Below are positions 27,952 through 38,671 of a stretch of DNA of 52,455 bases, piece by piece. Numbering within the stretch: the first letter of the stretch is position 1; the number at the start of each line of letters is the position of its first letter. Source of the DNA: an uncultured Cellvibrionaceae bacterium. Its GTDB lineage: Bacteria > Pseudomonadota > Gammaproteobacteria > Pseudomonadales > Cellvibrionaceae. The stretch spans positions 7,103-59,557 of the forward strand of contig CAYNST010000006.1 of NCBI GenBank assembly GCA_964399955.1. Reading direction: 5' to 3'. The notes beneath the pieces were generated by a model that did no database searches, was not told the DNA's origin, and saw only the letters and a list, made by a program, of their open reading frames with translations. The position numbers and the translations under genes were made by a program.

Positions 27952-29747
27952 TTTTTCAGGTAACCTTCTTTGCCTTTCAATGTGACCAAGGTGCGAGTGA
28001 ACGAGTTGAGCGGTGCATAAAGCGCAAAAAAGTGCTCCAGCACCGATGCATACAAATAACTGCTGCTGCCAGTCAGCAGGTTTTCATCCAACTCCACTTC
28101 CACTTCCAGGCCGCGGCAGACGGTGGCGTGACCGTCTATGTTCATGGGTGCACTGATGGAGCGAGCACTCACTTGTTTGATCGCTTCGATCAGCCCGCGG
28201 CTGGCCGACGAGCTTTTGAAATCGTAAAGCCGCAGAATTTCTTTGAAGGCTTCAGTACTTTCGCCGCGGCCGGTGATGGACAGCGCGTTCAGGTTCAAAT
28301 GCGACAGCAAGCGCCAGCGCGCGCCGTTTTTTAGCGGTGACCGCAGACAGGCTGTTGGCTGCTTCAGGGCTCGTATGGCGCGGGTTGGCGGAGAACCTTC
28401 GACGCACTGCAAGGGTGGCTCGGTCTGGCTGAACGGCAGCTTGTGCGGCAGGTCGCGATTGCTGCAGGTGGTGCCTATCTGCAGTATCTGTTCATACGGG
28501 CTGTTGGGGTCAAAGTTAATGTCTACCAGCGACAGGTAAAGGTCTGTGCCTTCATCCCGCTCATAATAACCCAGCTTACTGGGTCGCCTTTGAGCGTACC
28601 AGTAGGGCGGGCTGTCATCGTCCTGGTGGGTGTGATTCATGCCGTAAAAGGGCAGATACTCCATTTGCCTGCCGTCCTTGGTGGTGGCACTGACCGAATC
28701 CACGGAATAAACTTCGTACTCTTTTGGCCGCCGGCTGTCTGCGGTAATCAGATATTCCAGTTGGGTCTGGTCCACGCGCACCGGGTCAGCCTGGTGTTTG
28801 AACAAATTCACAACCGGGGTACAGCCGAGCGCAAAGGATTTTGCCGAGATATTATGCTCCAGCTCCAAATCCGAGGTGGTGAAATAAAAATAGAGGTCCA
28901 ATTGATCGCCGCAGTCGGCGGGCAGGCGGCCGTCAAGGGTGACATCCACGAACATGAATTTGTCCGGGAAGACAAAGAACTCCGTCAGCAAACGGTAGCC
29001 CAAAAACGAGTTGGCCGGATAGGGCAAGAGCCCTTCATCGGTGCCAAATCCCACTTGTTTAAGCGCTGCGGTGCCAAGCGCTACCGGTTCTTTGTCGTCG
29101 GCGGACCTGGCCAGTACCACTTGCACGCACTGGCCAAAAAACATGTGGTAGAGGGGGTGGCTGTGCTGGGGCTGATCGTGCAGGAACAGGCGGAGTTTTT
29201 TGGGCGCAAGCTCACCAAACAGAATTGATGAGTTAAAAGTCTTCAGGCTGATTCTGAGTACGCTGGCGGCACCGCGCACTGCGGCTGAGCCGGGCGTGGA
29301 AAACGGCCGGCCCAAAAGTTGGGCGGATTCTATGTGGACTGGCAACAAATCCACATCGTAAACGGTGTTGAAGCAGCAGCGCTCACCCTGAACCGGCGCG
29401 GTTTCCAGCAAGGTTTGTTTTGCGATGCTGTAGCGGCTATCCAGCTGCGACTCGTCGGCCTGGAATTGCACAATGGACATGGACGGGATGGGGCGCTGGT
29501 AATGCGGGTAAATCACACTCAGCAAGGCGTCGCTGAGTTCGCCAAATTCGTCGTCCAGCTTGTGATGAATGCGCGCATTCAGATAGGCGAAACTTTCAAT
29601 CAGACGCGACGCGTGCGGGTCTTCCACAGTGTCGCGCTGCAGCCCCAGCCGCCCGGCTATTTTCGGGTGTTCTTCCGCAAAAGCCGAACCCATCTGGCGC
29701 AGGTAGGCCAGCTCTTTTTCATAATAGGGAAGTAGCTCATCAGCCAT
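27915..29747 (-). CDS. tssF: T6SS baseplate protein TssF
   Basis: The internal start MADELLPYYEKELAYLRQ is the canonical TssF N-terminus. GGAGGA ribosome-binding site 8 nt upstream of the ATG at 29747. Overlaps the tssE stop by 8 nt. Confidence 0.88.
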   Translation of the reverse strand: MADELLPYYEKELAYLRQMGSAFAEEHPKIAGRLGLQRDTVEDPHASRLIESFAYLNARIHHKLDDEFGELSDALLSVIYPHYQRPIPSMSIVQFQADESQLDSRYSIAKQTLLETAPVQGERCCFNTVYDVDLLPVHIESAQLLGRPFSTPGSAAVRGAASVLRISLKTFNSSILFGELAPKKLRLFLHDQPQHSHPLYHMFFGQCVQVVLARSADDKEPVALGTAALKQVGFGTDEGLLPYPANSFLGYRLLTEFFVFPDKFMFVDVTLDGRLPADCGDQLDLYFYFTTSDLELEHNISAKSFALGCTPVVNLFKHQADPVRVDQTQLEYLITADSRRPKEYEVYSVDSVSATTKDGRQMEYLPFYGMNHTHQDDDSPPYWYAQRRPSKLGYYERDEGTDLYLSLVDINFDPNSPYEQILQIGTTCSNRDLPHKLPFSQTEPPLQCVEGSPPTRAIRALKQPTACLRSPLKNGARWRLLSHLNLNALSITGRGESTEAFKEILRLYDFKSSSASRGLIEAIKQVSARSISAPMNIDGHATVCRGLEVEVELDENLLTGSSSYLYASVLEHFFALYAPLNSFTRTLVTLKGKEGYLKKCPPRTGEKVLL

Positions 29748-30237
29748 TGGCGGATTCCTCCACGGTGACGGTACGCAGCACCGGTTCCAGCACAGAATCA
29801 AACACCACTTCCTGGGGCTCGGGGTCGGCAAAGAGCACGGCGTCTATGCGGAAGCGCAGGGTGCGGTCGTTGGTGTGGCGGCTTTCCGGGAAGTGCACAC
29901 GCACGGTCTTGAAGCGCGGTTCGAAGCGGCGGATGACCTGCTCTACGGCGCTGGCAAAGTCGCGCTTGCGATCGTGATCCAGCAAATTGACAGTGGCCAG
30001 ATCCGGCAGCCCGTAGTTCAGCCAACTGTTTTGCACCTCGGTGAAGTGGGCAGCGGGAGACACAACTCGGCAGCGGCTGTTCAGCAGGTTTTCCAGATCA
30101 CGCCGCACGCTGGCGCGCAATTGCTGCAGGCTGCGTGCGGGACTCAACGCGCGTTCGTCCTGCTGATCGGGGGCCTGGTCCAGCAGGTTATCCAGCAGTG
30201 AGGGCCGAATCCCGCCGGACGGGTATAGCTTGTTCAT
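29740..30237 (-). CDS. tssE: T6SS baseplate protein TssE (gp25-like)
   Basis: 165 aa; GGGAG ribosome-binding site. Contains the SLLDNLLDQAPDQQ and ...LENLLNSRCRVV motifs. Confidence 0.85.
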   Translation of the reverse strand: MNKLYPSGGIRPSLLDNLLDQAPDQQDERALSPARSLQQLRASVRRDLENLLNSRCRVVSPAAHFTEVQNSWLNYGLPDLATVNLLDHDRKRDFASAVEQVIRRFEPRFKTVRVHFPESRHTNDRTLRFRIDAVLFADPEPQEVVFDSVLEPVLRTVTVEESANG

Positions 30238-30238
30238 G

Positions 30239-31678
30239 TTACAAGACTCCCGTCTGCGTCAGTTCGGTAACCAGTTCCAGCTCAGTTACCGTTTGGTCTG
30301 TCTGGTAGTGGGGCACCAGGTGCACCACGCAGGCGTAGTGTCCGGGTTTGCCGGGGTGTTCGCGCACCTTGACTTGAGCCTCGCGCAAGGGGTAGCGCGC
30401 TTGAGCTTCCCAGTCCAAGTCGTCGCGCGCAGTAGTGTATTTAAACAGCCAGTCGCGCAGGTATTTTTCGCAGTCCAAAGCACTTAAAAACGAGCCGATT
30501 TTATCGCGAATCATCACTTTGATGTAGTGCGCAATGCGCGAAGCGCACAGGACATGCTGCATCATTGCCGCCAGCTTGGCGTCCAGGTTGGCGCGGGCGT
30601 TGGCCGAATGTTTGATCATGTGCACCGAGGAGTTGCTGTAGAAGGCCGCCCAGGGCGTGCCGTAGCACTGGCACAAAGGAATAAACCCCAGGTTGCTGAT
30701 GTCGCGCTCGATGGAGTCGGTAATCACCACATCGGTGGCCGGTTTATAGGCCGTCTCTGCCGGGTCGGTGGCAAATGCATCACTGGGCAGGTTGGTGACC
30801 AGCCCTCCGCCCACCTGATCACGCGGCACGCCGCGGATATGACCAAACCAGCCGACCGCAGCAAACTCCCGTATCAACAGCCCGCCAAAAGCGTAACAGG
30901 CGTTGCCCCAGAGGTAGCTGGAGCGGCGCGTTTTTTCGTAAAAAAATAAACCTTTGTAACTGCCGGGCTGTGTTCTGTAGGGCCTGCGCATCAGGGTGCG
31001 CGGCAGGGTCAGGCCCACAAAACGTGCGTCCGGTCGGGCGCGCAGGGCGCGCCAGCGCAGGTATTCGGTCTGCGCAAAGATGCTTTGCAGGTCGATGGGC
31101 AAACGCAGGTCGGCGAAGCGGTCCAAGCCGAACAATTCGCTCGACGCCCCGCTGATAAAAGGCGCAAAAGCGGCTGCGGCAATTTGCGACAGCCCTTCCA
31201 GTGCTGCCAGGTCGTCGTGGGGATGATTGGCCGAAATTTTATGGCTGATGGTGTAATCACCCAGCAGTGCGCCGTAGGGTTCTCCACCCGGTAAACCGTA
31301 TTCTTCGTTGTAGATTTTGTTGAACAGCTGACTTTGGTCAAATTCGAGTGAACGGCTCAAATCCTTGACCACTTCTGTCCAGGTTATGTCCAGCACCTTG
31401 AGCTTGATGTTCTTGCTGGCGTCGCTTTGCAGGGCCAAATACCAGAGCCCACGCCAGGAAGCTTCCAAAGCCTGGAACCGGGGGTGGTGAATAATGGCGT
31501 TCAACTGGTCGTTGATTTGATGATCGATGGCGCTGATCAGGTGCGCGACGGTGTTGCGCAGTTCATCCACACTTCTGCGAGACGCGTTGTCGGCCTGCTT
31601 GGATGGCAATGCAGTGGGTCCGGTGGCGGCGTGTTCTGCGTCAACGGGGGAGGAATTTTTGACGATGGCAACGTCCAT
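30239..31678 (-). CDS. tssC: T6SS sheath large-subunit paralogue (TssC-like, second copy)
   Basis: 479 aa. Shares blocks with the adjacent TssC (LEFDQSQLFNKIYNEEYGLPGGEPYGALLGDY; RFVGLTLPRTLMRRPY; C-terminal [14 protein letters not shown]) but is clearly divergent. Confidence 0.85.
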   Translation of the reverse strand: MDVAIVKNSSPVDAEHAATGPTALPSKQADNASRRSVDELRNTVAHLISAIDHQINDQLNAIIHHPRFQALEASWRGLWYLALQSDASKNIKLKVLDITWTEVVKDLSRSLEFDQSQLFNKIYNEEYGLPGGEPYGALLGDYTISHKISANHPHDDLAALEGLSQIAAAAFAPFISGASSELFGLDRFADLRLPIDLQSIFAQTEYLRWRALRARPDARFVGLTLPRTLMRRPYRTQPGSYKGLFFYEKTRRSSYLWGNACYAFGGLLIREFAAVGWFGHIRGVPRDQVGGGLVTNLPSDAFATDPAETAYKPATDVVITDSIERDISNLGFIPLCQCYGTPWAAFYSNSSVHMIKHSANARANLDAKLAAMMQHVLCASRIAHYIKVMIRDKIGSFLSALDCEKYLRDWLFKYTTARDDLDWEAQARYPLREAQVKVREHPGKPGHYACVVHLVPHYQTDQTVTELELVTELTQTGVL

Positions 31679-31745
31679 AGTTGGGCAAGGCTGAAGGTAG
31701 AATCCGTTCGAGAAATGCGCGCCCGCAGGGCGCGCATCCTGGCTT

Positions 31746-33239
31746 TTAACCCGCTTTGGGGATGTTGGCTACCAGGCGCAAGGAAGCTGTCAGCTCTTCC
31801 ATTTGCAACCAGGGGCGCATCCAGGCAACCGCGCTGTAAACGCCGGGTTGACCCGGTACTTCTTTGACTTCTACCCGGGCTTCGCGCAGCGGGTAACGGG
31901 CTTTCATCTCGGCGCTGGCGCCGGGGCTGCCGTTAACGTACTGGTTGATCCATCGGTTGAGCCAGGCTTCCGCTTCGTCGGCTTCCATGAAGGTGCCAAT
32001 TTTGTCGCGCGCCATCACTTTGAGGAAGTGCGCAATGCGAGCCGTGGCCATAACGTAGGGCAGGCGCGAAGAAATTGCCGCATTGGCGGTGGCGTCCGGG
32101 TCGCCAAATTTCTTCGGTTTCTGCGTGGTCTGTGAGCCAAAAAACACGGCGTAATCGGTGTTTTTGTAATGGCACAACGGCAGAAAGCCCAATTTGCTCA
32201 GCTCGGCTTCTCGGCGATCAGTGATGCCGATTTCCGTAGGGCACTTCTGGTGCAGGTCGCCGTCGTCACTGACAAAGGTATGGCTGGGAAGGCCTTTGAC
32301 CTTGCCGCCGCCTTCCGCACCGCGAATGCTGGTGCACCAGCCGTATTCGGCAAAGGACGCGGAAATCACGCTGCCCATGGCATAGGCGGCGTTCATCCAG
32401 CAGTAATCGTCATGCTCTGCAGAGGCAGGCGTGCCATCGGAATTGAGGTCAATTTCTTCAAAATCAAACTCTTCGATGGTTTTGGTCATTTTGCCGTAAG
32501 GCGCGCGAGCGAGGACGCGCGGCATGGTCAGGGCGACAAAGCGAGAATCTTCGGTCTCGCGGAAGGAGCGCCACTGAATGTACTCTGCCGAGTCGAAGAT
32601 CTTTTCCAGGTCACGCGGTTTGGACAGTTCTGTAAAACTGTCGAACCCAAACATTTGCGGAGCGGAAGCCGAAATGAAAGGGCAGAAGCCGGCGGCAGCC
32701 ACGTTGGAGATTTTGCCCAACAAAGAGATATCTTCCGGGTGGGAGGAAAATTCATAGTCGCCGATCAAAGCTGCGTAGGGCTCGCCACCGGCGGTGCCAA
32801 ACTCGCTTTCGTAGATTTTTTTGAATATCTGGCTCTGGTCAAATTCCACGGCCTTTTCCAGGTCCCGCGACAATTCTTTTTTGCTGATATTCATCATGCG
32901 AATCTTCAGGCCGGAGCCGGATTCGCTGTTGCTGACCAGATGGTGCAGGCCGCGCCAGGAGCCTTCCAGTTTTTTGAAGCTGTCCTGATGCATAATGGCC
33001 GCCAACTGTTTGGACATCTTGCTGTCGATGGCGGCAATGGCGCGGTTGATGGTGATGGACAAATTTTTGTCCCAGGTCACGGTGCCTTCCAGTGCCTGCT
33101 CAACCACGGTTTTCAAGAGAGCTTGCGCTTCATCGCGCGGGGTCTGGCGGGTGGCGCCTATGGCCTGTTCCAGCAGGCTGGCTTCTTCTACAACAGCGCC
33201 TGCTTCTGCGCCTTCAAGTAAGGTTTCTTCCTTAGCCAT
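31746..33239 (-). CDS. tssC: T6SS contractile sheath large subunit TssC (VipB)
   Basis: 497 aa with canonical blocks [49 protein letters not shown] and [14 protein letters not shown]. Confidence 0.9.
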   Translation of the reverse strand: MAKEETLLEGAEAGAVVEEASLLEQAIGATRQTPRDEAQALLKTVVEQALEGTVTWDKNLSITINRAIAAIDSKMSKQLAAIMHQDSFKKLEGSWRGLHHLVSNSESGSGLKIRMMNISKKELSRDLEKAVEFDQSQIFKKIYESEFGTAGGEPYAALIGDYEFSSHPEDISLLGKISNVAAAGFCPFISASAPQMFGFDSFTELSKPRDLEKIFDSAEYIQWRSFRETEDSRFVALTMPRVLARAPYGKMTKTIEEFDFEEIDLNSDGTPASAEHDDYCWMNAAYAMGSVISASFAEYGWCTSIRGAEGGGKVKGLPSHTFVSDDGDLHQKCPTEIGITDRREAELSKLGFLPLCHYKNTDYAVFFGSQTTQKPKKFGDPDATANAAISSRLPYVMATARIAHFLKVMARDKIGTFMEADEAEAWLNRWINQYVNGSPGASAEMKARYPLREARVEVKEVPGQPGVYSAVAWMRPWLQMEELTASLRLVANIPKAG

Positions 33240-33242
33240 GGC

Positions 33243-33758
33243 TTATTCTCCTTTGGGGGCGGTTTCTACGCCCAGTTCGCTCGACAGGGAGCCGAGGGCT
33301 TCGGTGTTGCTCAGCACATCTTCAAGCACCTTTTCCAGGTCTTCGGAGCGGTCGGCCTTGGTGAGGAGGTCGCGCAATTTGTTGCGGGTCTCCAGCAGTT
33401 GGCGCAGTGGCTCAACCTGTTCTACCAGACGGTGCGGCTCAAAGTCTTCCATGGTGTTGAACTGAAGGTTAAGTCCCATTTGCGAGCCGTCGTCGGCTAA
33501 GGTGTTGTCTACCTTCATGCGCAACTGAGGATTGATTTTGGCCATCAAATCGTTGAAGTTGTCGCTGTCGATCTGTGCAAACTTGCGCTCTTTCAGCGCT
33601 TTCTTGCCCTCGGCATTGTCACCGGAATAATCGCCCATAACGCCCATCACAAACGGAATTTCCTTCTCCTCTGTGGTGCCGTTGGTTTCCAGGTCATAGG
33701 TGATGTGTACCCGGGGCTTTCTTACGCGTTTCAGTTTGTCGTGAATGCTGTCGGCCAT
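33243..33758 (-). CDS. tssB: T6SS contractile sheath small subunit TssB (VipA)
   Basis: The internal start [24 protein letters not shown] is the canonical TssB N-terminus. GAGGAAAGG ribosome-binding site upstream of the ATG at 33758. Confidence 0.88.
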   Translation of the reverse strand: MADSIHDKLKRVRKPRVHITYDLETNGTTEEKEIPFVMGVMGDYSGDNAEGKKALKERKFAQIDSDNFNDLMAKINPQLRMKVDNTLADDGSQMGLNLQFNTMEDFEPHRLVEQVEPLRQLLETRNKLRDLLTKADRSEDLEKVLEDVLSNTEALGSLSSELGVETAPKGE

Positions 33759-33908
33759 AGTCCTTTCCTCTGTTAACAAGCAAGTATCAACCCGTGGCAT
33801 GGCGCCGGGTCAAATCTGGTTGGTGCCACCGTTGCAATTACTGCGGTGGCAGTGAGCCCGGCCATAAATGCCCGGCGCGCCGCAGGTTGCCTTCCTGCGG
33901 CAATGAGT

Positions 33909-35051
33909 CTAGCTATCGGATGCCTCTGCTGTTTCCGGTGTCACCCCGGTCAGCATATTGAAATGCGCCTGCGCAGAGCTGTCAGGGATCAACTCCTGAA
34001 TCAATTCGTGCAGTGGCATCCTGCCCCATTTTTCAGCTTTTTCCAGCAGGTAGGAAAGCGGGGAGTGGGGTTCTGCTTTGCGAAAATAAGCGGCAATCTT
34101 TATCAGTTGCTCAAGTGCTTCTTCGCGGGTTGCGATGGGGCCTGCCGCTCGAGCTGCGGGTTGGTTTTCCATGCTGGGGCTGTCCGTGTCTTCCGCATCC
34201 GGATGCAGGAGTTCGTCAGCCACGGCTTCAACCTCTTCCGGTTCCGGCACCTTGTCCCGGCTCAGGTGCATCACAGCCCCCAGGCATTCTTCCAGAATAT
34301 TGGTGATGTTGCGAGTGGACGGTGCATCATGCAGGCCGCACAGTTCGTCCAGATTCTGTCCAAGCCGCCGATAGGTTGCAAGGCTCGCGGTCAAATCCGC
34401 CCGCAACCGAACAAAAAATTCAACGCTGGACTCGCTGACGGCTTTTTCTATGTCGTCCAAGGAGAAGCCCAGCTTTTGCGAGCGGTCTTCGCGAATACGT
34501 TCGTCGGTTTGACGTTGAATGTCCACCGCCTGCTGGTATTGCCAATAGGTGTAGGGGCCGCTGGATTGGCCCTGGGTAATCTGGCAGTTGCGAATAGGTG
34601 CAATAAGAACGCCCTCGGCGCCCTCGCCATTCAGGCCGGAAAGGGGCGCAACACGGGTTTCTATGCCGTCTTCATCGGGCATGGGGTAGAGCGCCGGCCA
34701 ATACTGCTCCACCAGGCCGTCCAGTAGCGCAAACGCTTGGCTCAACCCGGCAAAACCGTGGCGACGCAACAGCGCCTCGGCGTACCAGGAAGCCACTTCC
34801 AGGTCTTTACTCTGGGTTGCAATGATCTTGGGCGCAAGCTCCAGCACGGTGCGCCAGTGGTCGTCGGCGGCGTCATTGGAGAGGCTGAAGGGGTTGCTGC
34901 GCTCGGCGGTACGCGCCAGGTTGCGGGCGCTTTTTATCTGTTGATAAGAGGATGTTGCGGATACGTCACTGCGCGGGTCGCTGCCGGTGGGGGCAGCCTC
35001 CGTAATGGGGGCGAGCAGGGCGTGTAATTCAAAATGGGCAGGGGTTGACAT
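33909..35051 (-). CDS. tssA: T6SS protein TssA (ImpA N-terminal domain family)
   Basis: 380 aa. ImpA_N-like N-terminus (APTGSDPRSDVSATSSYQQIKSARN... SKDLEVASWYAEALLRRHGFAGL). First gene of the minus-strand tss operon. Confidence 0.78.
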   Translation of the reverse strand: MSTPAHFELHALLAPITEAAPTGSDPRSDVSATSSYQQIKSARNLARTAERSNPFSLSNDAADDHWRTVLELAPKIIATQSKDLEVASWYAEALLRRHGFAGLSQAFALLDGLVEQYWPALYPMPDEDGIETRVAPLSGLNGEGAEGVLIAPIRNCQITQGQSSGPYTYWQYQQAVDIQRQTDERIREDRSQKLGFSLDDIEKAVSESSVEFFVRLRADLTASLATYRRLGQNLDELCGLHDAPSTRNITNILEECLGAVMHLSRDKVPEPEEVEAVADELLHPDAEDTDSPSMENQPAARAAGPIATREEALEQLIKIAAYFRKAEPHSPLSYLLEKAEKWGRMPLHELIQELIPDSSAQAHFNMLTGVTPETAEASDS

Positions 35052-35371
35052 TGTTTTGTCCGTAAATCTTGTCTCGGCGGAATACAGTCCGTGTTCCTCG
35101 CTTATGCAGGGAGGATTTACGCGCAGTTTTGCTCAAATTGCAAGCAATTTTTTAGTCGATTCGCGTCGTTGCCAACCGCGACACCCTGCGCGCATTCACG
35201 GCCGGCATTTGTACCATAAATTCGTCATTCTTTCACGGCAGGTTCTTTAAATTGGGGTTGGTTTATTACTATACTAGCGCCGGAACTCTGCTGTTGAGGG
35301 TTTCGACTCTGCAACGGACGCCGGGAGCCGGGCTCAGCATTGGAGCATTACTTTCAGGAAGAAATTCGTAA

Positions 35372-36775
35372 ATGGCAGTCAAGTTACACCTCGTTAAATA
35401 CCCGCCGGATGTGGCACCCGCGCAGCTCAGCACCCAGTTTGGCGCCGAGGGCGGTGTCATCGGCCGTGGCATGGACACCGACTGGGTGTTGGCCGATCCG
35501 CGCCGCTTTCTGTCGTCCAATCATTGCAGAATTGCCCGGGAAGCCGACCGCTACCTGTTGACGGATCTGAGCACCAATGGCACCTATCTGAACGGCGCGT
35601 CCAGCCCTCTCGGCCGTGGCGCACAGGCGGCTCTTGCCGACGGCGATGTCATTGACATGGGTGACTATCAGATCAAGGTCTCCATCGTTGCGCAGGATTG
35701 CGGCTATCCGCAACTGCCGTTTGAAGACGCCAAACCCGCGCCGCAACCGTCCGCCGCCTTTGATTCCTTTTCGGCCGACGATCCATTCTCCACGCCCTTT
35801 GCCGATGTCATGCCCGGCTCGCTGTCCACCGCAGATCCGCTCCTGGCACTGGGGCAGCCGTTTGATGGCAACAGGACCGATGCGCGGGAGGAGACGCCCG
35901 CTCAGTTCGCAACCGACTCCCTGCTCGACGCAGATCCTTTGAGTGAATCTTTTGATTGGCCGGTTGCGCGTGCTCCCGCGTCCGGACTGCCCGACGACTG
36001 GGGGGACGATATCAGCATTCTTGGGCAGAAACCCGGCCCGGCGGCGCCCTACGCTTTGGATGAAGACGACGCCCTGATTGCAAGGCAACCGGCAGTTGTC
36101 GCGCCAGAGCCCGAGCTTATTCCGCCACCCTCGCCCCGAACCCACGCCGGTGCCGCGTCGGTCAATCCCGATCTGCTGCTACAGGCGCTGGGCCTGGATG
36201 AGGCAGCATTCAATGCCCGTGAGGTTGCCGACCTGCAACTTGCAGTGGGTGAAATGGTAAGAGAGAGCCTGGCAGGCATGATGCAGGTGTTGCGCTCGCG
36301 CGCCAGCATCAAAAACGAATTTCGCATGAGCATCACCACCATTCAGCCCATCGAAAACAACCCTATCAAGTTCTCCGCCAGTGTCGACGACGCTTTGCAA
36401 ACCATGTTTGTGCGCAAGAGTCCCGCCTACAAACCGCCGGTAGATGCTGTAAAAGACAGCTTTGATGCAATTGCCGACCATCAGATTGCGGTCATTGCTG
36501 GAATCCGCTCCGCCTTTCGGGCGCTGCTGACCCGCTTTGACCCGGCGCTGCTGGAGGAAAATTTCAAGCAGGCCGGCAAGGACAGTGTTCTGCGCGGTAT
36601 TGGCAAGGGTAAATATTGGAGTGCCTACGAGGACCATTATCAGAGCGTGGTGGACAACATGGAGCGGTCTTTCCAGGAGTTGTTTGGCGATGACTTTGTG
36701 CAGGCCTACGAAGACCAACTGGGTAAGCTGGCTCGTGCGCGGCGGCAAAACAAAAACGGTCAGGGTAAAGTTTGA
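35372..36775 (+). CDS. tagH: FHA-domain protein TagH (Fha), T6SS post-translational regulator
   Basis: N-terminal FHA domain (GRGMDTDWVLADPRRFLSSNHCRIAREADRYLLTDLSTNGTYLNG), a Pro/Ala-rich linker, and a TagH-type C-terminal domain. Confidence 0.85.
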   Translation: MAVKLHLVKYPPDVAPAQLSTQFGAEGGVIGRGMDTDWVLADPRRFLSSNHCRIAREADRYLLTDLSTNGTYLNGASSPLGRGAQAALADGDVIDMGDYQIKVSIVAQDCGYPQLPFEDAKPAPQPSAAFDSFSADDPFSTPFADVMPGSLSTADPLLALGQPFDGNRTDAREETPAQFATDSLLDADPLSESFDWPVARAPASGLPDDWGDDISILGQKPGPAAPYALDEDDALIARQPAVVAPEPELIPPPSPRTHAGAASVNPDLLLQALGLDEAAFNAREVADLQLAVGEMVRESLAGMMQVLRSRASIKNEFRMSITTIQPIENNPIKFSASVDDALQTMFVRKSPAYKPPVDAVKDSFDAIADHQIAVIAGIRSAFRALLTRFDPALLEENFKQAGKDSVLRGIGKGKYWSAYEDHYQSVVDNMERSFQELFGDDFVQAYEDQLGKLARARRQNKNGQGKV

Positions 36776-37272
36776 TGCGCACTCATTTTTTTAAATTGGC
36801 CATTGCATTGTGCCTGACGCTGGCGGTGGGCGGTTGTGCCCGTCTCAACAGTGGCGTGTTTGGTACCTTTAATCTGGACACGGATCTGCGCCTGGAGTTT
36901 GAGGTGGCCAGCAATATCAACCCGGACGAACGCCAGTCGCCCAGCCCGGTATTTGTGCGCCTGTACGAGTTGCGCTCCGACAAACGCTTTGCGCAGGGCG
37001 ACTTTTTTGATTTGTACCATGATGCTAAGGCCGTGCTGGGTGACGACCTGATCAGCTCCAAGGAGCTGCACCGGCTGGTCCCGGGCGAGACCCGCAGCGA
37101 GCGTCTGGTACTCAACCCGGAGACCCGCTATGTCGCGCTGTTTGCGGAGTTTTACCAGTATAAGGACGCCCGCAATAAAGTGGTGTTTGCCGTCACTCCC
37201 CAAAATGTGGTGCAAAACACCGCGCGCATTCAGATTGAGCGCAACATCATGACACTGCGCACCGCTCACTGA
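36772..37272 (+). CDS. tssJ: T6SS outer-membrane lipoprotein TssJ
   Basis: Lipobox LAVGGC and the VFVRLYELRSD...FAQGDFFDL motif characteristic of TssJ/SciN. Start overlaps the tagH stop. Confidence 0.8.
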   Translation: MMRTHFFKLAIALCLTLAVGGCARLNSGVFGTFNLDTDLRLEFEVASNINPDERQSPSPVFVRLYELRSDKRFAQGDFFDLYHDAKAVLGDDLISSKELHRLVPGETRSERLVLNPETRYVALFAEFYQYKDARNKVVFAVTPQNVVQNTARIQIERNIMTLRTAH

Positions 37273-37317
37273 CGGGCGGCTTCGGGTAGGCGGCTCAATT
37301 GATTACACGGATGATTT

Positions 37318-38652
37318 ATGTCTCTAGAAAGTAAAGTTGTCTGGTCCGAGGGCATGTTCCTCAACCCCCAGCATTTCCAACAACAGCAGCGCTACTTCGA
37401 ACGCTTCATCGATAACCGTTGCAGTGCACTGCATGCTTACGGCTGGGGTTTTCGCAGTTTTGAGCTGGACCGCCAACTGCAGGCTTTGGGCAAACTGTCC
37501 CTGAAAAGCGCAGAAGGCGTTTTCCCCGACGGCACGCCTTTTAGCTTCCCCAGTTGCGACGAATCACCGCCGGTGTTGAGCGTGCCTGCGGATACCAAAG
37601 GTGCAGTGGTGTACCTTGCCGTGCCCGTGCGCCGCTCGGGTGGCATAGATGTGTTGCCGGAAGACAGCAGGCAGAGCCTGGCCCGGCACTACATTGCCGA
37701 GCAAACCGTGCGCGACGACACCCTGGAAGGCGGCGAGACTCAGGCGGTGCAGGTGGGCAAACTGCGCCTGCGGCTGTTGTTGGACAGCGACGACCTGAGT
37801 GGTTACGCCTGCCTGCCGCTGTGCCGGGTGGATGAAATGCGCCAGGAAACCGAAGTGGTGCTGGACGAGCGGTTTATTCCCGCTGTGGTGGACTGCCGGG
37901 CCGCCGCTCCCATTGCCGGTTTTCTCTCCGAGTTGCACGGCATGCTGCGCCACCGTGCCACCGCCATTGCCGGGCGCCTGGGCGACGCCCGCCGTGGCGG
38001 AACCGCAGAAATTGCCGACTATCTGCTGCTGCAACTGCTCAACCGTGCAGAGCCGCTGGTGGAGCACTTCAGTCAAAGTGCGCGCCTGCACCCTTTGCCG
38101 CTTTACGAATATTTCCTGCAGCTTACCGGCGATCTGGCCACCTTCATGACCTCCTCGCGCCGGCCGCCGTCTTTGCCGCGTTACACCCATGGCGAGCTGC
38201 AGCAAACCTTCCTGCCCCTGATGCAAACCCTGCGCAGCTATCTGGCTAAGGTGTACGAGCAGACGGCTGTGGCTCTGCCGCTGCTGGAGAAAAAATACGG
38301 CATTTATGTGGCCGAGCTTGCGGACCGCTCACTGCTCTCCAGCGCGGTATTTGTGCTGGCCGTGCATGCCGATGTATCCGATGAGGTGGTGCGCACACGA
38401 CTGCCGGCACAAATGAAAATTGGCCCGGTGGAGCGTATCCGCCAACTGGTCAACGCCGCCTTGCCCGGCATTGCCCTTAAAGCTCTGCCGGTCGCACCCC
38501 GGCAGATTCCCTACCGCTCGGGCTACAGTTATTTTGAACTGGAAAAAAGCGGCCAGTACTGGCAGGAAATGAGCCGTTCGGGCGGGTTTGCCATGCACGC
38601 AGGCGGCGACTTCCCCGGGCTGGAAATGGAATTCTGGGCCATCCGCCAGTGA
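37318..38652 (+). CDS. tssK: T6SS baseplate protein TssK
   Basis: Hallmark N-terminus KVVWSEGMFLNPQHFQQQQRYFE; 444 aa. Confidence 0.9.
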   Translation: MSLESKVVWSEGMFLNPQHFQQQQRYFERFIDNRCSALHAYGWGFRSFELDRQLQALGKLSLKSAEGVFPDGTPFSFPSCDESPPVLSVPADTKGAVVYLAVPVRRSGGIDVLPEDSRQSLARHYIAEQTVRDDTLEGGETQAVQVGKLRLRLLLDSDDLSGYACLPLCRVDEMRQETEVVLDERFIPAVVDCRAAAPIAGFLSELHGMLRHRATAIAGRLGDARRGGTAEIADYLLLQLLNRAEPLVEHFSQSARLHPLPLYEYFLQLTGDLATFMTSSRRPPSLPRYTHGELQQTFLPLMQTLRSYLAKVYEQTAVALPLLEKKYGIYVAELADRSLLSSAVFVLAVHADVSDEVVRTRLPAQMKIGPVERIRQLVNAALPGIALKALPVAPRQIPYRSGYSYFELEKSGQYWQEMSRSGGFAMHAGGDFPGLEMEFWAIRQ

Positions 38653-38671
38653 ACCGTCAGGCTGAAGTCTT

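Noticed and set aside
28443-29228. 261-aa and other plus-strand ORFs inside tssF/tssG
   Set aside because: Shadow ORFs. The minus-strand products carry the TssF (LLPYYEKELAYLR) and TssG (FEFFQAVRLLE) hallmarks.
32169-34727. 350-aa and 293-aa plus-strand ORFs inside tssC/tssA
   Set aside because: Antisense to well-supported tss genes.
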